Part shown: positions 39,901 to 53,899 of the stretch, piece by piece
How the letters are laid out: the number at the start of each line of letters is the position of its first letter
How positions within the stretch are numbered: position 1 is the first letter of the stretch
Origin: Eledone cirrhosa
Lineage: Eukaryota
Direction of reading: 5' to 3'
Assembly: GCA_964016885.1 (NCBI GenBank)
Contig: OZ024744.1
Coordinates: 119,722,001 to 119,786,000 of the forward strand
DNA length: 64,000 nucleotides
Translations under genes and position numbers: made by a program
Notes under the pieces: generated by a model
The model's input: the letters and a program-made list of their open reading frames with translations, nothing else
What the model was told of the DNA's origin: nothing
The model's database searches: none

Positions 39901-42900
39901 CCTGAGACATTCTAACCACATGTCATAGTATCAGAGCTGTGATCTCTCAATTCAGATATTCTTTCCTGAGACATTCTAACCACATGTCATATTATTAAAG
40001 CTGTGATCTCTCAATTCAGAGATACTTTCCTGAGAAATTCTAACCTTATGTCTGTAGTATCAGAGCTGTGATCTCTTAATTCAGAGATTCTTTCCTGAGA
40101 TATTCTAACCACATGTAATACTATCAGAGCTGTGATCTCTCAATTCAGAGATTCTTTCCTGAGAACATCTAACCACATGTCTGTAGTATCAGAGCTGTGA
40201 TCCCTCAATTCAGAGATTCTTTCCTGAGACATTCTAACCACATGTCACAGTATCAGTGCTGTGATCTCTCAATTCAGAGATTCTTTCCTGGGATATTCTA
40301 ACCACATGTCATAGTATCAGAGCTGTGATCTCTCAATTCAGAGATTCTTTACTGAGATATTGTAACCACATGTCATAGTATCAGGGCTGTGATCTCTCAA
40401 TTCAGAGATTCTTTCCTGGGATATTCTTACCACATGTCATAATATCAGAGCTGTGATCTCTCAATTCACATATTCTTTCCTGAGACATTCTAACCACATG
40501 TCAGAGGATCAGATTTGTGATCTCTCAATTCAGAGATTCTTTCCTGAGATATTCTAACCACATGTCATAGTATGAGAGCTGTGATCTCTCAATTCAGAGA
40601 TTCTTTCCTGAGACATTCTAACCCCATGTCATAGTATCAGAGCTGTGATCTCTCAATTCAGAGATTCTTTCCTGAGGCATTTTAACCACATGTCATACTA
40701 TCAGAGCTGTGATATCTCAATTCAGAGATTCTTTCCTGAGAACTTCTCACCACATGTCTGTAGTATCAGAGCTGTGATCTCTCAATTCAGAGATTTTTTC
40801 CTGAGACATTCTAACCACATGTCATATTATTTAAGCTGTGATATCTCAATTCAGAGATTCTTTCCTGAGACATTCTAACCACATGTCATAGTATCGGAGC
40901 TGTGATATCTCCATACAGAGATTCTTTCCTGATATATTCTAACCACATGTCATAGTATCAGAGCTGTGATATCTCAATTCAGAGATTCTTTCCTGAGAAC
41001 TTCTAACCACATGTCTGTAGTATCAGAGCTGTGATCTCTCAATTCAGAGATTCTTTCCTGAGATATTCTAAACACATGTCATAGTATCAGAGCTGTGATC
41101 TCTCAATTCAGAGATTCTTTCCTGAGACATTCTAACCACATGTCATAGTATCAGAGCTGTGATCTCTCAATTCAGAGATTCTTTCCTGAGACATTCTAAC
41201 CACATGTCATAGTATCAGAGCTGTGATCTCTCAATTCAGAGATTCTTTCCTGAGACATTCTAACCACATGTATCAGAGATATTCTTAATAGTGATCTCTC
41301 AATTCAGAGATTCTTTCCTGAGACATTCTAACTCCGTGTCCACAGTATCAGTGCTGTGATCTCTCAATTTAGAGATTCTTTCCTGAGATATTCTAACCAC
41401 ATGTCATAGTATTAGAGATGTGATCTCTCAATTCAGAGATTCTTTCCTGAGACATTCTAACCACATGTCTGTAGTATCAAAGCTGTATGCTCTCAATTCA
41501 GAGATTCTTTCCTGAGACATTCTAACCACATGTCATAGTAGCGGAGCTGTGATATCTCAATTCAGTGATTCTTTCCTGAGATATTCTAACCACATATCAT
41601 AGTATCAGAGCTGTGATCTCTCAATTCAGAGATTCTTTCCTGAGATATTCTAACCACATGTCTGTAGTATCAGAGCTGTGATCTCTCAATTCAGAGATTC
41701 TTTCCTGAGACATTCTAACCACATGTCACAGTATCAGAGCTGTGATATCTCAATTCAGAGATTCTTTCCTGGGATATTCTAACCACATGTCATAGTATCA
41801 GAGCTGTGATCTCTCAATTCAGAGATTCTTTACTGAGATATTGTAACCACATGTCATAGTATCAGGGCTGCGATCTCTCAATTCAGAGATTCTTTCCTGG
41901 GATATTCGAACCACATGTCATAGTATCAGAGCTGTGATCTCTCAATTCAGAGATTCTATCCTGACACATTCTAACCACATGTCATAGTATCAGAGCTGTG
42001 ATCTCTCAATTCAGATATTCTTTCCTGAGACATTCTAACCACATGTCATATTATTAAAGCTGTGATCTCTCAATTCAGAGATTCTTTCCTGAGAAATTCT
42101 AACCTTATGTCTGTAGTATCAGAGCTGTGATCTCTCAATTCAGAGATTCTTTCCTGAGACATTCTAACCACATGTCATAGTATCAGTGCTGTGATCTCTC
42201 AATTCAGAGATTCTTTCCTAAGATATTCTAACCACATGTCATATTATCAGAGCTGTGATCTCTCAATTCAGAGATTCTTTCCTGGGATATTCTAACCACA
42301 TGTCTTAATATCAGGGCTGTGATCTCTCAATTCAGAGATTCTTTCCTGAGACATTCTAACCACATGTCATAGTATCAGCGCTGTGATCTCTCAATTTAGG
42401 GATTCTTTCCTGAGACATTCTAACCACATGTCATAGTATCAGAGCTGTGATATCTCAATTCAGAGATTCTTTCCTGAGACATTCTAACCACATGTCATAT
42501 TATTAGAGCTGTGATCTCTCAATTCAGATATTCTTTCCTGAGACATTCTTACCACATGTCATAGTATCAGAGCTGTGATCTCTCAATTTAGAGATTCTTT
42601 CCTGAGATATTCTAACCACATGTCATAGTATCAGAGCTGTGTTCTCTCAATTCAGAGATACTTTCCTGGGATATTCTTACCACATGTCATAATATCAGAG
42701 CTGTGATCTCTCAATTCACATATTCTTTCCTGAGACATTCTAACCACATGTCAGAGGATCAGATTTGTGATGTCTCAATTCAGAGATTCTTTCCTGAGAT
42801 ATTCTAACCACATGTAATACTATCAGAGCTGTGATCTCTCAATTCAGAGATTCTTTCCTGAGAACATCTAACCACATGTCTGTAGTATCAGAGCTGTGAT

Positions 42901-42945
42901 CCCTCAATTCAGAGATTCTTTCCTGAGACATTCTAACCACATGTC
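27980..42945 (+). repeat. Tandem block duplication E (offset 7443, then 7507): 27980-35422 and 35423-42945
   Basis: Marker pairs are GTGGTATC (GTATC at 28141/35584), GGATC 28716/36159, AATTCTAGCC 31121/38564, X 33824/41267, and ORF pairs 29869/37312 and 33202/40645. Copy 1 lacks one monomer at ~34310 relative to ~41750-41820. Confidence 0.92.
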
Positions 42946-45900
42946 CCAGTATCAGTGCTGTGATCTCTCAATTCAGAGATTCTTTCCTGGGATATTCTAA
43001 CCACATGTCATAGTATCCGAGCTGTGATCTCTCAATTCAGAGATTCTTTACTGAGATATTGTAACCACATGTCATAGTATCAGGGCTGTGATCTCTCAAT
43101 TCAGAGATTCTTTCCTGGGATATTCTTACCACATGTCATAATATCAGAGCTGTGATCTCTCAATTCACATATTCTTTCCTGAGACATTCTAACCACATGT
43201 CAGAGGATCAGATTTGTGATCTCTCAATTCAGAGATTCTTTCCTGAGATATTCTAACCACATGTCATAGTATGAGAGCTGTGATCTCTCAATTCAGAGAT
43301 TCTTTCCTGAGACATTCTAACCCCATGTCATAGTATCAGAGCTGTGATCTCTCAATTCAGAGATTCTTTCCTGAGGCATTTTAACCACATGTCATACTAT
43401 CAGAGCTGTGATATCTCAATTCAGAGATTCTTTCCTGAGAACTTCTCACCACATGTCTGTAGTATCAGAGCTGTGATCTCTCAATTCAGAGATTTTTTCC
43501 TGAGACATTCTAACCACATGTCATATTATTTAAGCTGTGATATCTCAATTCAGAGATTCTTTCCTGAGACATTCTCACCACATGTCATAGTATCGGAGCT
43601 GTGATATCTCCATACAGAGATTCTTTCCTGATATATTCTAACCACATGTCATAGTATCAGAGCTGTGATATCTCAATTCAGAGATTCTTTCCTGAGAACT
43701 TCTAACCACATGTCTGTAGTATCAGAGCTGTGATCTCTCAATTCAGAGATTCTTTCCTGAGATATTCTAAACACATGTCATAGTATCAGAGCTGTGATCT
43801 CTCAATTCAGAGATTCTTTCCTGAGACATTCTAACCACATGTCATAGTATCAGAGCTGTGATCTCTCAATTCAGAGATTCTTTCCTGAGACATTCTAACC
43901 ACATGTCATAGTATCAGAGCTGTGATCTCTCAATTCAGAGATTCTTTCCTGAGACATTCTAACTCCGTGTCCACAGTATCAGAGCTGTGATCTCTCAATT
44001 TAGAGATTCTTTCCTGAGATATTCTAACCACATGTCATAGTATTAGAGATGTGATCTCTCAATTCAGAGATTCTTTCCTGAGACATTCTAACCACATGTC
44101 TGTAGTATCAAAGCTGTATGCTCTCAATTCAGAGATTCTTTCCTGAGACATTCTAACCACATGTCATAGTAGCGGAGCTGTGATATCTCAATTCAGTGAT
44201 TCTTTCCTGAGATATTCTAACCACATATCATAGTATCAGAGCTGTGATCTCTCAATTCAGAGATTCTTTCCTGAGATATTCTAACCACATGTCTGTAGTA
44301 TCAGAGCTGTGATCTCTCAATTCAGAGATTCTTTCCTGAGATATTCTAACCACATGTCACAGTATCAGAGCTGTGATATCTCAATTCAGAGATTCTTTCC
44401 TGGGATATTCTAACCACATGTCATAGTATCAGAGCTGTGATCTCTCAATTCAGAGATTCTTTACTGAGATATTGTAACCACATGTCATAGTATCAGGGCT
44501 GCGATCTCTCAATTCAGAGATTCTTTCCTGAGACATTCTAACCACATGTCTGTAGTATCAAAGCTGTATGCTCTCAATTCAGAGATTCTTTCCTGAGACA
44601 TTCTAACCACATGTCATAGTAGCGGAGCTGTGATATCTCAATTCAGTGATTCTTTCCTGAGATATTCTAACCCCATGTCATAGTATCAGAGCTGTGATCT
44701 CTCAATTCAGAGATTCTTTACTGAGATATTGTAACCACATGTCATAGTATCAGGGCTGTGATCTCTCAATTCAGAGATTCTTTCCTGGGATATTCTTACC
44801 ACATGTCATAATATCAGAGCTGTGATCTCTCAATTCACATATTCTTTCCTGAGACATTCTAACCACATGTCAGAGGATCAGATTTGTGATCTCTCAATTC
44901 AGAGATTCTTTCCTGAGATATTCTAACCACATGTCATAGTATCAGAGCTGTGATCTCTCAATTCAGAGATTCTTTCCTGAGACATTCTAACCCCATGTCA
45001 TAGTATCAGAGCTGTGATCTCTCAATTCAGAGATTCTTTCCTGAGACATTCTAACCACATGTCATACTATCAGAGCTGTGATATCTCAATTCAGAGATTC
45101 TTTCCTGATATATTCTAACCACATGCCATAGTATCAGAGCTGTGATCTCTCAATTCAGAGATTCTTTCCTGAGATATTCTAACCACATGTCATAATATCA
45201 GAGCTGTGATCTCTCAATTCAGAGATTCTTCCTGAGACATTTTAACCACATGTCATACTATCAGAGCTGTGATATCTCAATTCAGAGATTCTTTCCTGAT
45301 ATATTGTAACCACATGTCATAGTATCAGAGCTGTGATATCTCAATTCAGAGATTCTTTCCTGAGAACTTCTCACCACATGTCTGTAGTATCAGAGCTGTG
45401 ATCTCTCAATTCAGAGATTTTTTCCTGAGACATTCTAACCACATGTCATATTATTTAAGCTGTGATTTCTCAATTCAGAGATTCTTTCCTGAGACATTCT
45501 AACCACATGTCATAGTATCAGAGCTGTGATATCTCCATACAGAGATTCTTTCCTGATATATTCTAACCACATGTCATAGTATCAGAGCTGTGATATCTCA
45601 ATTCAGAGATTCTTTCCTGAGAACTTCTAACCACATGTCTGTAGTATCAGAGCTGTGATCTCTCAATTCAGAGATTCTTTCCTGAGATATTCTAAACACA
45701 TGTCATAGTATCAGAGCTGTGATCTCTCAATTCAGAGATTCTTTCCTGAGACATTCTAACCACATGTCATAGTATCAGAGCTGTGATCTCTCAATTCAGA
45801 GATTCTTTCCTGGGATATTCTAACCACATGTCTTAATATCAGGGCTGTGATCTCTCAATTCAGAGATTCTTTCCTGAGACATTCTAACCACATGTCATAG

Positions 45901-48900
45901 TATCAGCGCTGTGATCTCTCAATTTAGGGATTCTTTCCTGAGACATTCTAACCACATGTCATAGTATCAGAGCTGTGATATCTCAATTCAGAGATTCTTT
46001 CCTGAGACATTCTAACCACATGTCATATTATTAGAGCTGTGATCTCTCAATTCAGATATTCTTTCCTGAGACATTCTTACCACATGTCATAGTATCAGAG
46101 CTGTGATCTCTCAATTTAGAGATTCTTTCCTGAGATATTCTAACCACATGTCATAGTATCAGAGCTGTGATCTCTCAATTCAGAGATTCTTTCCTGGGAT
46201 ATTCTTACCACATGTCATAATATCAGAGCTGTGATCTCTCAATTCACATATTCTTTCCTGAGACATTCTAACCACATGTCAGAGGATCAGATTTGTGATC
46301 TCTCAATTCAGAGATTCTTTCCTGAGATATTCTAACCACATGTAATACTATCAGAGCTGTGATCTCTCAATTCAGAGATTCTTTCCTGAGAACATCTAAC
46401 CACATGTCTGTAGTATCAGAGATGTGATCTCTCAATTCAGAGATTCTTTCCTGAGACATTCTAACCACATGTCACAGTATCAGTGCTGTGATCTCTCAAT
46501 TCAGAGATTCTTTCCTGGGAAATTCTAGCCACATGTCATAGTATCCGAGCTGTGATATCTCAATTCAGAGATTCTTTACTGAGATATTGTAACCACATGT
46601 CATTGTATCAGGGCTGTGATCTCTCAATTCAGAGATTCTTTCCTGGGATATTCTTACCACATGTCATAATATCAGAGCTGTGATCTCTCAATTCACATAT
46701 TCTTTCCTGAGACATTCTAACCACATGTCAGAGGATCAGATTTGTGATCTCTCAATTCAGAGATTCTTTCCTGAGATATTCTAACCACATGTCATAGTAT
46801 CAGAGCTGTGATCTCTCAATTCAGAGATTCTTTCCTGAGACATTCTAACCCCATGTCATAGTATCCGAGCTGTGATCTCTCAATTCAGAGATTCTTTCCT
46901 GAGACATTTTAACCACATGTCATACTATCAGAGCTGTGATTTCTCAATTCAGAGATTCTTTCCTGATATATTCTAATCACATGCCATAGTATCAGAGCTG
47001 TGATCTCTCAATTCAGAGATTCTTTCCTGAGATATTCTAACCACATGTCATAATATCAGAGCTGTGATCTCTCAATTCAGAGATTCTTCCTGAGACATTT
47101 TAACCACATGTCATACTATCAGAGCTGTGATATCTCAATTCAGAGATTCTTTCCTGATATATTGTAACCACATGTCATAGTATCAGAGCTGTGATATCTC
47201 AATTCAGAGATTCTTTCCTGAGAACTTCTCACCACATGTCTGTAGTATCAGAGCTGTGATCTCTCAATTCAGAGATTTTTTCCTGAGACATTCTAACCAC
47301 ATGTCATATTATTTAAGCTGTGATATCTCAATTCAGAGATTCTTTCCTGAGACATTCTAACCACATGTCATAGTATCAGAGCTGTGATATCTCCATACAG
47401 AGATTCTTTCCTGATATATTCTAACCACATGTCATAATATCAGAGCTGTGATATCTCAATTCAGAGATTCTTTCCTGAGAACTTCTAACCACATGTCTGT
47501 AGTATCAGAGCTGTGATCTCTCAATTCAGAGATTCCTTCCTGAGATATTCTAAACACATGTCATAGTATCAGAGCTGTGATCTCTCAATTCAGAGATTCT
47601 TTCCTGAGACATTCTAACCACACGTCATAGTATCAGAGCTGTGATCTCTCAATTCAGAGATTCTTTCCTGAGACATTCTAACCACATATCATAGTATCAG
47701 AGCTGTGATCTCTCAATTCAGAGATTCTTTCCTGAGACATTCTAACCACATGTCATAGTAGCGGAGCTGTGATATCTCAATTCAGTGATTCTTTCCTGAG
47801 ATATTCTAACCCCATATCATAGTATCAGAGCTGTGATCTCTCAATTCAGAGATTCTTTACTGAGATATTGTAACCACATGTCATAGTATGAGGGCTGTGA
47901 TCTCTCAATTCAGAGATTCTTTCCTGGGATATTCGAACCACATGTCATAGTATCAGAGCTGTGATCTCTCAATTCAGAGATTCTATCCTGAGACATTCTA
48001 ACCACATGTCATAGTATCAGAGCTGTGATCTCTCAATTCAGATATTCTTTCCTGAGACATTCTAACCACATGTCATATTATTAAAGCTGTGATCTCTCAA
48101 TTCAGAGATACTTTCCTGAGAAATTCTAACCTTATGTCTGTAGTATCAGAGCTGTGATCTCTTAATTCAGAGATTCTTTCCTGAGATATTCTAACCACAT
48201 GTAATACTATCAGAGCTGTGATCTCTCAATTCAGAGATTCTTTCCTGAGAACATATAACCACATGTCTGTAGTATCAGAGCTGTGATCCCTCAATTCAGA
48301 GATTCTTTCCTGAGACATTCTAACCACATGTCACAGTATCAGTGCTGTGATCTCTCAATTCAGAGATTCTTTCCTGGGATATTCTAACCACATGTCATAG
48401 TATCAGAGCTGTGATCTCTCAATTCAGAGATTCTTTACTGAGATATTGTAACCACATGTCATAGTATCAGGGCTGTGATCTCTCAATTCAGAGATTCTTT
48501 CCTGGGATATTCTTACCACATGTCATAATATCAGAGCTGTGATCTCTCAATTCACATATTCTTTCCTGAGACATTCTAACCACATGTCAGAGGATCAGAT
48601 TTGTGATCTCTCAATTCAGAGATTCTCTCCTGAGATATTCTAACCACATGTCATAGTATGAGAGCTGTGATCTCTCAATTCAGAGATTCTTTCCTGAGAC
48701 ATTCTAACCCCATGTCATAGTATCAGAGCTGTGATCTCTCAATTCAGAGATTCTTTCCTGAGGCATTTTAACCACATGTCATACTATCAGAGCTGTGATA
48801 TCTCAATTCAGAGATTCTTTCCTGAGAACTTCTCACCACATGTCTGTAGTATCAGAGCTGTGATCTCTCAATTCAGAGATTTTTTCCTGAGACATTCTAA

Positions 48901-51900
48901 CCACATGTCATATTATTTAAGCTGTGATATCTCAATTCAGAGATTCTTTCCTGAGACATTCTAACCACATGTCATAGTATCGGAGCTGTGATATCTCCAT
49001 ACAGAGATTCTTTCCTGATATATTCTAACCACATGTCATAGTATCAGAGCTGTGATATCTCAATTCAGAGATTCTTTCCTGAGAACTTCTAACCACATGT
49101 CTGTAGTATCAGAGCTGTGATCTCTCAATTCAGAGATTCTTTCCTGAGATATTCTAAACACATGTCATAGTATCAGAGCTGTGATCTCTCAATTCAGAGA
49201 TTCTTTCCTGAGACATTCTAACCACATGTCATAGTATCAGAGCTGTGATCTCTCAATTCAGAGATTCTTTCCTGAGACATTCTAACCACATGTCATAGTA
49301 TCAGAGCTGTGATCTCTCAATTCAGAGATTCTTTCCTGAGACATTCTAACCACATGTATCAGAGATATTCTTAATAGTGATCTCTCAATTCAGAGATTCT
49401 TTCCTGAGACATTCTAACTCCGTGTCCACAGTATCAGTGCTGTGATCTCTCAATTTAGAGATTCTTTCCTGAGATATTCTAACCATATGTCATAGTATTA
49501 GAGATGTGATCTCTCAATTCAGAGATTCTTTCCTGAGACATTCTAACCACATGTCTGTAGTATCAAAGCTGTATGCTCTCAATTCAGAGATTCTTTCCTG
49601 AGACATTCTAACCACATGTCATAGTAGCGGAGCTGTGATATCTCAATTCAGTGATTCTTTCCTGAGATATTCTAACCACATATCATAGTATCAGAGCTGT
49701 GATCTCTCAATTCAGAGATTCTTTCCTGAGATATTCTAACCACATGTCTGTAGTATCAGAGCTGTGATCTCTCAATTCAGAGATTCTTTCCTGAGACATT
49801 CTAACCACATGTCACAGTATCAGAGCTGTGATATCTCAATTCAGAGATTCTTTCCTGGGATATTCTAACCACATGTCATAGTATCAGAGCTGTGATCTCT
49901 CAATTCAGAGATTCTTTACTGAGATATTGTAACCACATGTCATAGTATCAGGGCTGCGATCTCTCAATTCAGAGATTCTTTCCTGGGATATTCGAACCAC
50001 ATGTCATAGTATCAGAGCTGTGATCTCTCAATTCAGAGATTCTATCCTGACACATTCTAACCACATGTCATAGTATCAGAGCTGTGATCTCTCAATTCAG
50101 ATATTCTTTCCTGAGACATTCTAACCACATGTCATATTATTAAAGCTGTGATCTCTCAATTCAGAGATTCTTTCCTGAGAAATTCTAACCTTATGTCTGT
50201 AGTATCAGAGCTGTGATCTCTCAATTCAGAGATTCTTTCCTGAGACATTCTAACCACATGTCATAGTATCAGTGCTGTGATCTCTCAATTCAGAGATTCT
50301 TTCCTAAGATATTCTAACCACATGTCATAGTATCAGAGCTGTGATCTCTCAATTCAGAGATTCTTTCCTGGGATATTCTAACCACATGTCTTAATATCAG
50401 GGCTGTGATCTCTCAATTCAGAGATTCTTTCCTGAGACATTCTAACCACATGTCATAGTATCAGCGCTGTGATCTCTCAATTTAGGGATTCTTTCCTGAG
50501 ACATTCTAACCACATGTCATAGTATCAGAGCTGTGATATCTCAATTCAGAGATTCTTTCCTGAGACATTCTAACCACATGTCATATTATTAGAGCTGTGA
50601 TCTCTCAATTCAGATATTCTTTCCTGAGACATTCTTACCACATGTCATAGTATCAGAGCTGTGATCTCTCAATTTAGAGATTCTTTCCTGAGATATTCTA
50701 ACCACATGTCATAGTATCAGAGCTGTGATCTCTCAATTCAGAGATACTTTCCTGGGATATTCTTACCACATGTCATAATATCAGAGCTGTGATCTCTCAA
50801 TTCACATATTCTTTCCTGAGACATTCTAACCACATGTCAGAGGATCAGATTTGTGATGTCTCAATTCAGAGATTCTTTCCTGAGATATTCTAACCACATG
50901 TAATACTATCAGAGCTGTGATCTCTCAATTCAGAGATTCTTTCCTGAGAACATCTAACCACATGTCTGTAGTATCAGAGCTGTGATCCCTCAATTCAGAG
51001 ATTCTTTCCTGAGACATTCTAACCACATGTCACAGTATCAGTGCTGTGATCTCTCAATTCAGAGATTCTTTCCTGGGATATTCTAAACACATGTCATAGT
51101 ATCCGAGCTGTGATCTCTCAATTCAGAGATTCTTTACTGAGATATTGTAACCACATGTCATAGTATCAGGGCTGTGATCTCTCAATTCAGAGATTCTTTC
51201 CTGGGATATTCTTACCACATGTCATAATATCAGAGCTGTGATCTCTCAATTCACATATTCTTTCCTGAGACATTCTAACCACATGTCAGAGGATCAGATT
51301 TGTGATCTCTCAATTCAGAGATTCTTTCCTGAGATATTCTAACCACATGTCATAGTATGAGAGCTGTGATCTCTCAATTCAGAGATTCTTTCCTGAGACA
51401 TTCTAACCCCATGTCATAGTATCAGAGCTGTGATCTCTCAATTCAGAGATTCTTTCCTGAGGCATTTTAACCACATGTCATACTATCAGAGCTGTGATAT
51501 CTCAATTCAGAGATTCTTTCCTGAGAACTTCTCACCACATGTCTGTAGTATCAGAGCTGTGATCTCTCAATTCAGAGATTTTTTCCTGAGACATTCTAAC
51601 CACATGTCATATTATTTAAGCTGTGATATCTCAATTCAGAGATTCTTTCCTGAGACATTCTCACCACATGTCATAGTATCGGAGCTGTGATATCTCCATA
51701 CAGAGATTCTTTCCTGATATATTCTAACCACATGTCATAGTATCAGAGCTGTGATATCTCAATTCAGAGATTCTTTCCTGAGAACTTCTAACCACATGTC
51801 TGTAGTATCAGAGCTGTGATCTCTCAATTCAGAGATTCTTTCCTGATATATTCTAAACACATGTCATAGTATCAGAGCTGTGATCTCTCAATTCAGAGAT

Positions 51901-53898
51901 TCTTTCCTGAGACATTCTAACCACATGTCATAGTATCAGAGCTGTGATCTCTCAATTCAGAGATTCTTTCCTGAGACATTCTAACCACATGTCATAGTAT
52001 CAGAGCTGTGATCTCTCAATTCAGAGATTCTTTCCTGAGACATTCTAACTCCGTGTCCACAGTATCAGAGCTGTGATCTCTCAATTTAGAGATTCTTTCC
52101 TGAGATATTCTAACCACATGTCATAGTATTAGAGATGTGATCTCTCAATTCAGAGATTCTTTCCTGAGACATTCTAACCACATGTCTGTAGTATCAAAGC
52201 TGTATGCTCTCAATTCAGAGATTCTTTCCTGAGACATTCTAACCACATGTCATAGTAGCGGAGCTGTGATATCTCAATTCAGTGATTCTTTCCTGAGATA
52301 TTCTAACCACATATCATAGTATCAGAGCTGTGATCTCTCAATTCAGAGATTCTTTCCTGAGATATTCTAACCACATGTCTGTAGTATCAGAGCTGTGATC
52401 TCTCAATTCAGAGATTCTTTCCTGAGACATTCTAACCACATGTCACAGTATCAGAGCTGTGATATCTCAATTCAGAGATTCTTTCCTGGGATATTCTAAC
52501 CACATGTCATAGTATCAGAGCTGTGATCTCTCAATTCAGAGATTCTTTACTGAGATATTGTAACCACATGTCATAGTATCAGGGCTGCGATCTCTCAATT
52601 CAGAGATTCTTTCCTGAGACATTCTAACCACATGTCTGTAGTATCAAAGCTGTATGCTCTCAATTCAGAGATTCTTTCCTGAGACATTCTAACCACATGT
52701 CATAGTAGCGGAGCTGTGATATCTCAATTCAGTGATTCTTTCCTGAGATATTCTAACCCCATGTCATAGTATCAGAGCTGTGATCTCTCAATTCAGAGAT
52801 TCTTTACTGAGATATTGTAACCACATGTCATAGTATCAGGGCTGTGATCTCTCAATTCAGAGATTCTTTCCTGGGATATTCTTACCACATGTCATAATAT
52901 CAGAGCTGTGATCTCTCAATTCACATATTCTTTCCTGAGACATTCTAACCACATGTCAGAGGATCAGATTTGTGATCTCTCAATTCAGAGATTCTTTCCT
53001 GAGATATTCTAACCACATGTCATAGTATCAGAGCTGTGATCTCTCAATTCAGAGATTCTTTCCTGAGACATTCTAACCCCATGTCATAGTATCAGAGCTG
53101 TGATCTCTCAATTCAGAGATTCTTTCCTGAGACATTTTAACCACATGTCATACTATCAGAGCTGTGATATCTCAATTCAGAGATTCTTTCCTGATATATT
53201 CTAACCACATGCCATAGTATCAGAGCTGTGATCTCTCAATTCAGAGATTCTTTCCTGAGATATTCTAACCACATGTCATAATATCAGAGCTGTGATCTCT
53301 CAATTCAGAGATTCTTCCTGAGACATTTTAACCACATGTCATACTATCAGAGCTGTGATATCTCAATTCAGAGATTCTTTCCTGATATATTGTAACCACA
53401 TGTCATAGTATCAGAGCTGTGATATCTCAATTCAGAGATTCTTTCCTGAGAACTTCTCACCACATGTCTGTAGTATCAGAGCTGTGATCTCTCAATTCAG
53501 AGATTTTTTCCTGAGACATTCTAACCACATGTCATATTATTTAAGCTGTGATATCTCAATTCAGAGATTCTTTCCTGAGACATTCTAACCACATGTCATA
53601 GTATCAGAGCTGTGATATCTCCATACAGAGATTCTTTCCTGATATATTCTAACCACATGTCATAGTATCAGAGCTGTGATATCTCAATTCAGAGATTCTT
53701 TCCTGAGAACTTCTAACCACATGTCTGTAGTATCAGAGCTGTGATCTCTCAATTCAGAGATTCTTTCCTGAGATATTCTAAACACATGTCATAGTATCAG
53801 AGCTGTGATCTCTCAATTCAGAGATTCTTTCCTGAGACATTCTAACCACATGTCATAGTATCAGAGCTGTGATCTCTCAATTCAGAGATTCTTTCCTG
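37564..53898 (+). repeat. Tandem block duplication F (offset 7957, then 8086), overlapping E
   Basis: AATTCTAGCC at 38564 and 46521 (7957). X 41267/49353 and ORF pairs 40645/48731 and 43344/51430 (8086). The 129-bp difference is two extra monomers at ~47200-47330. Collinearity ends at 45813 vs 53899. Confidence 0.9.
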
Positions 53899-53899
53899 A

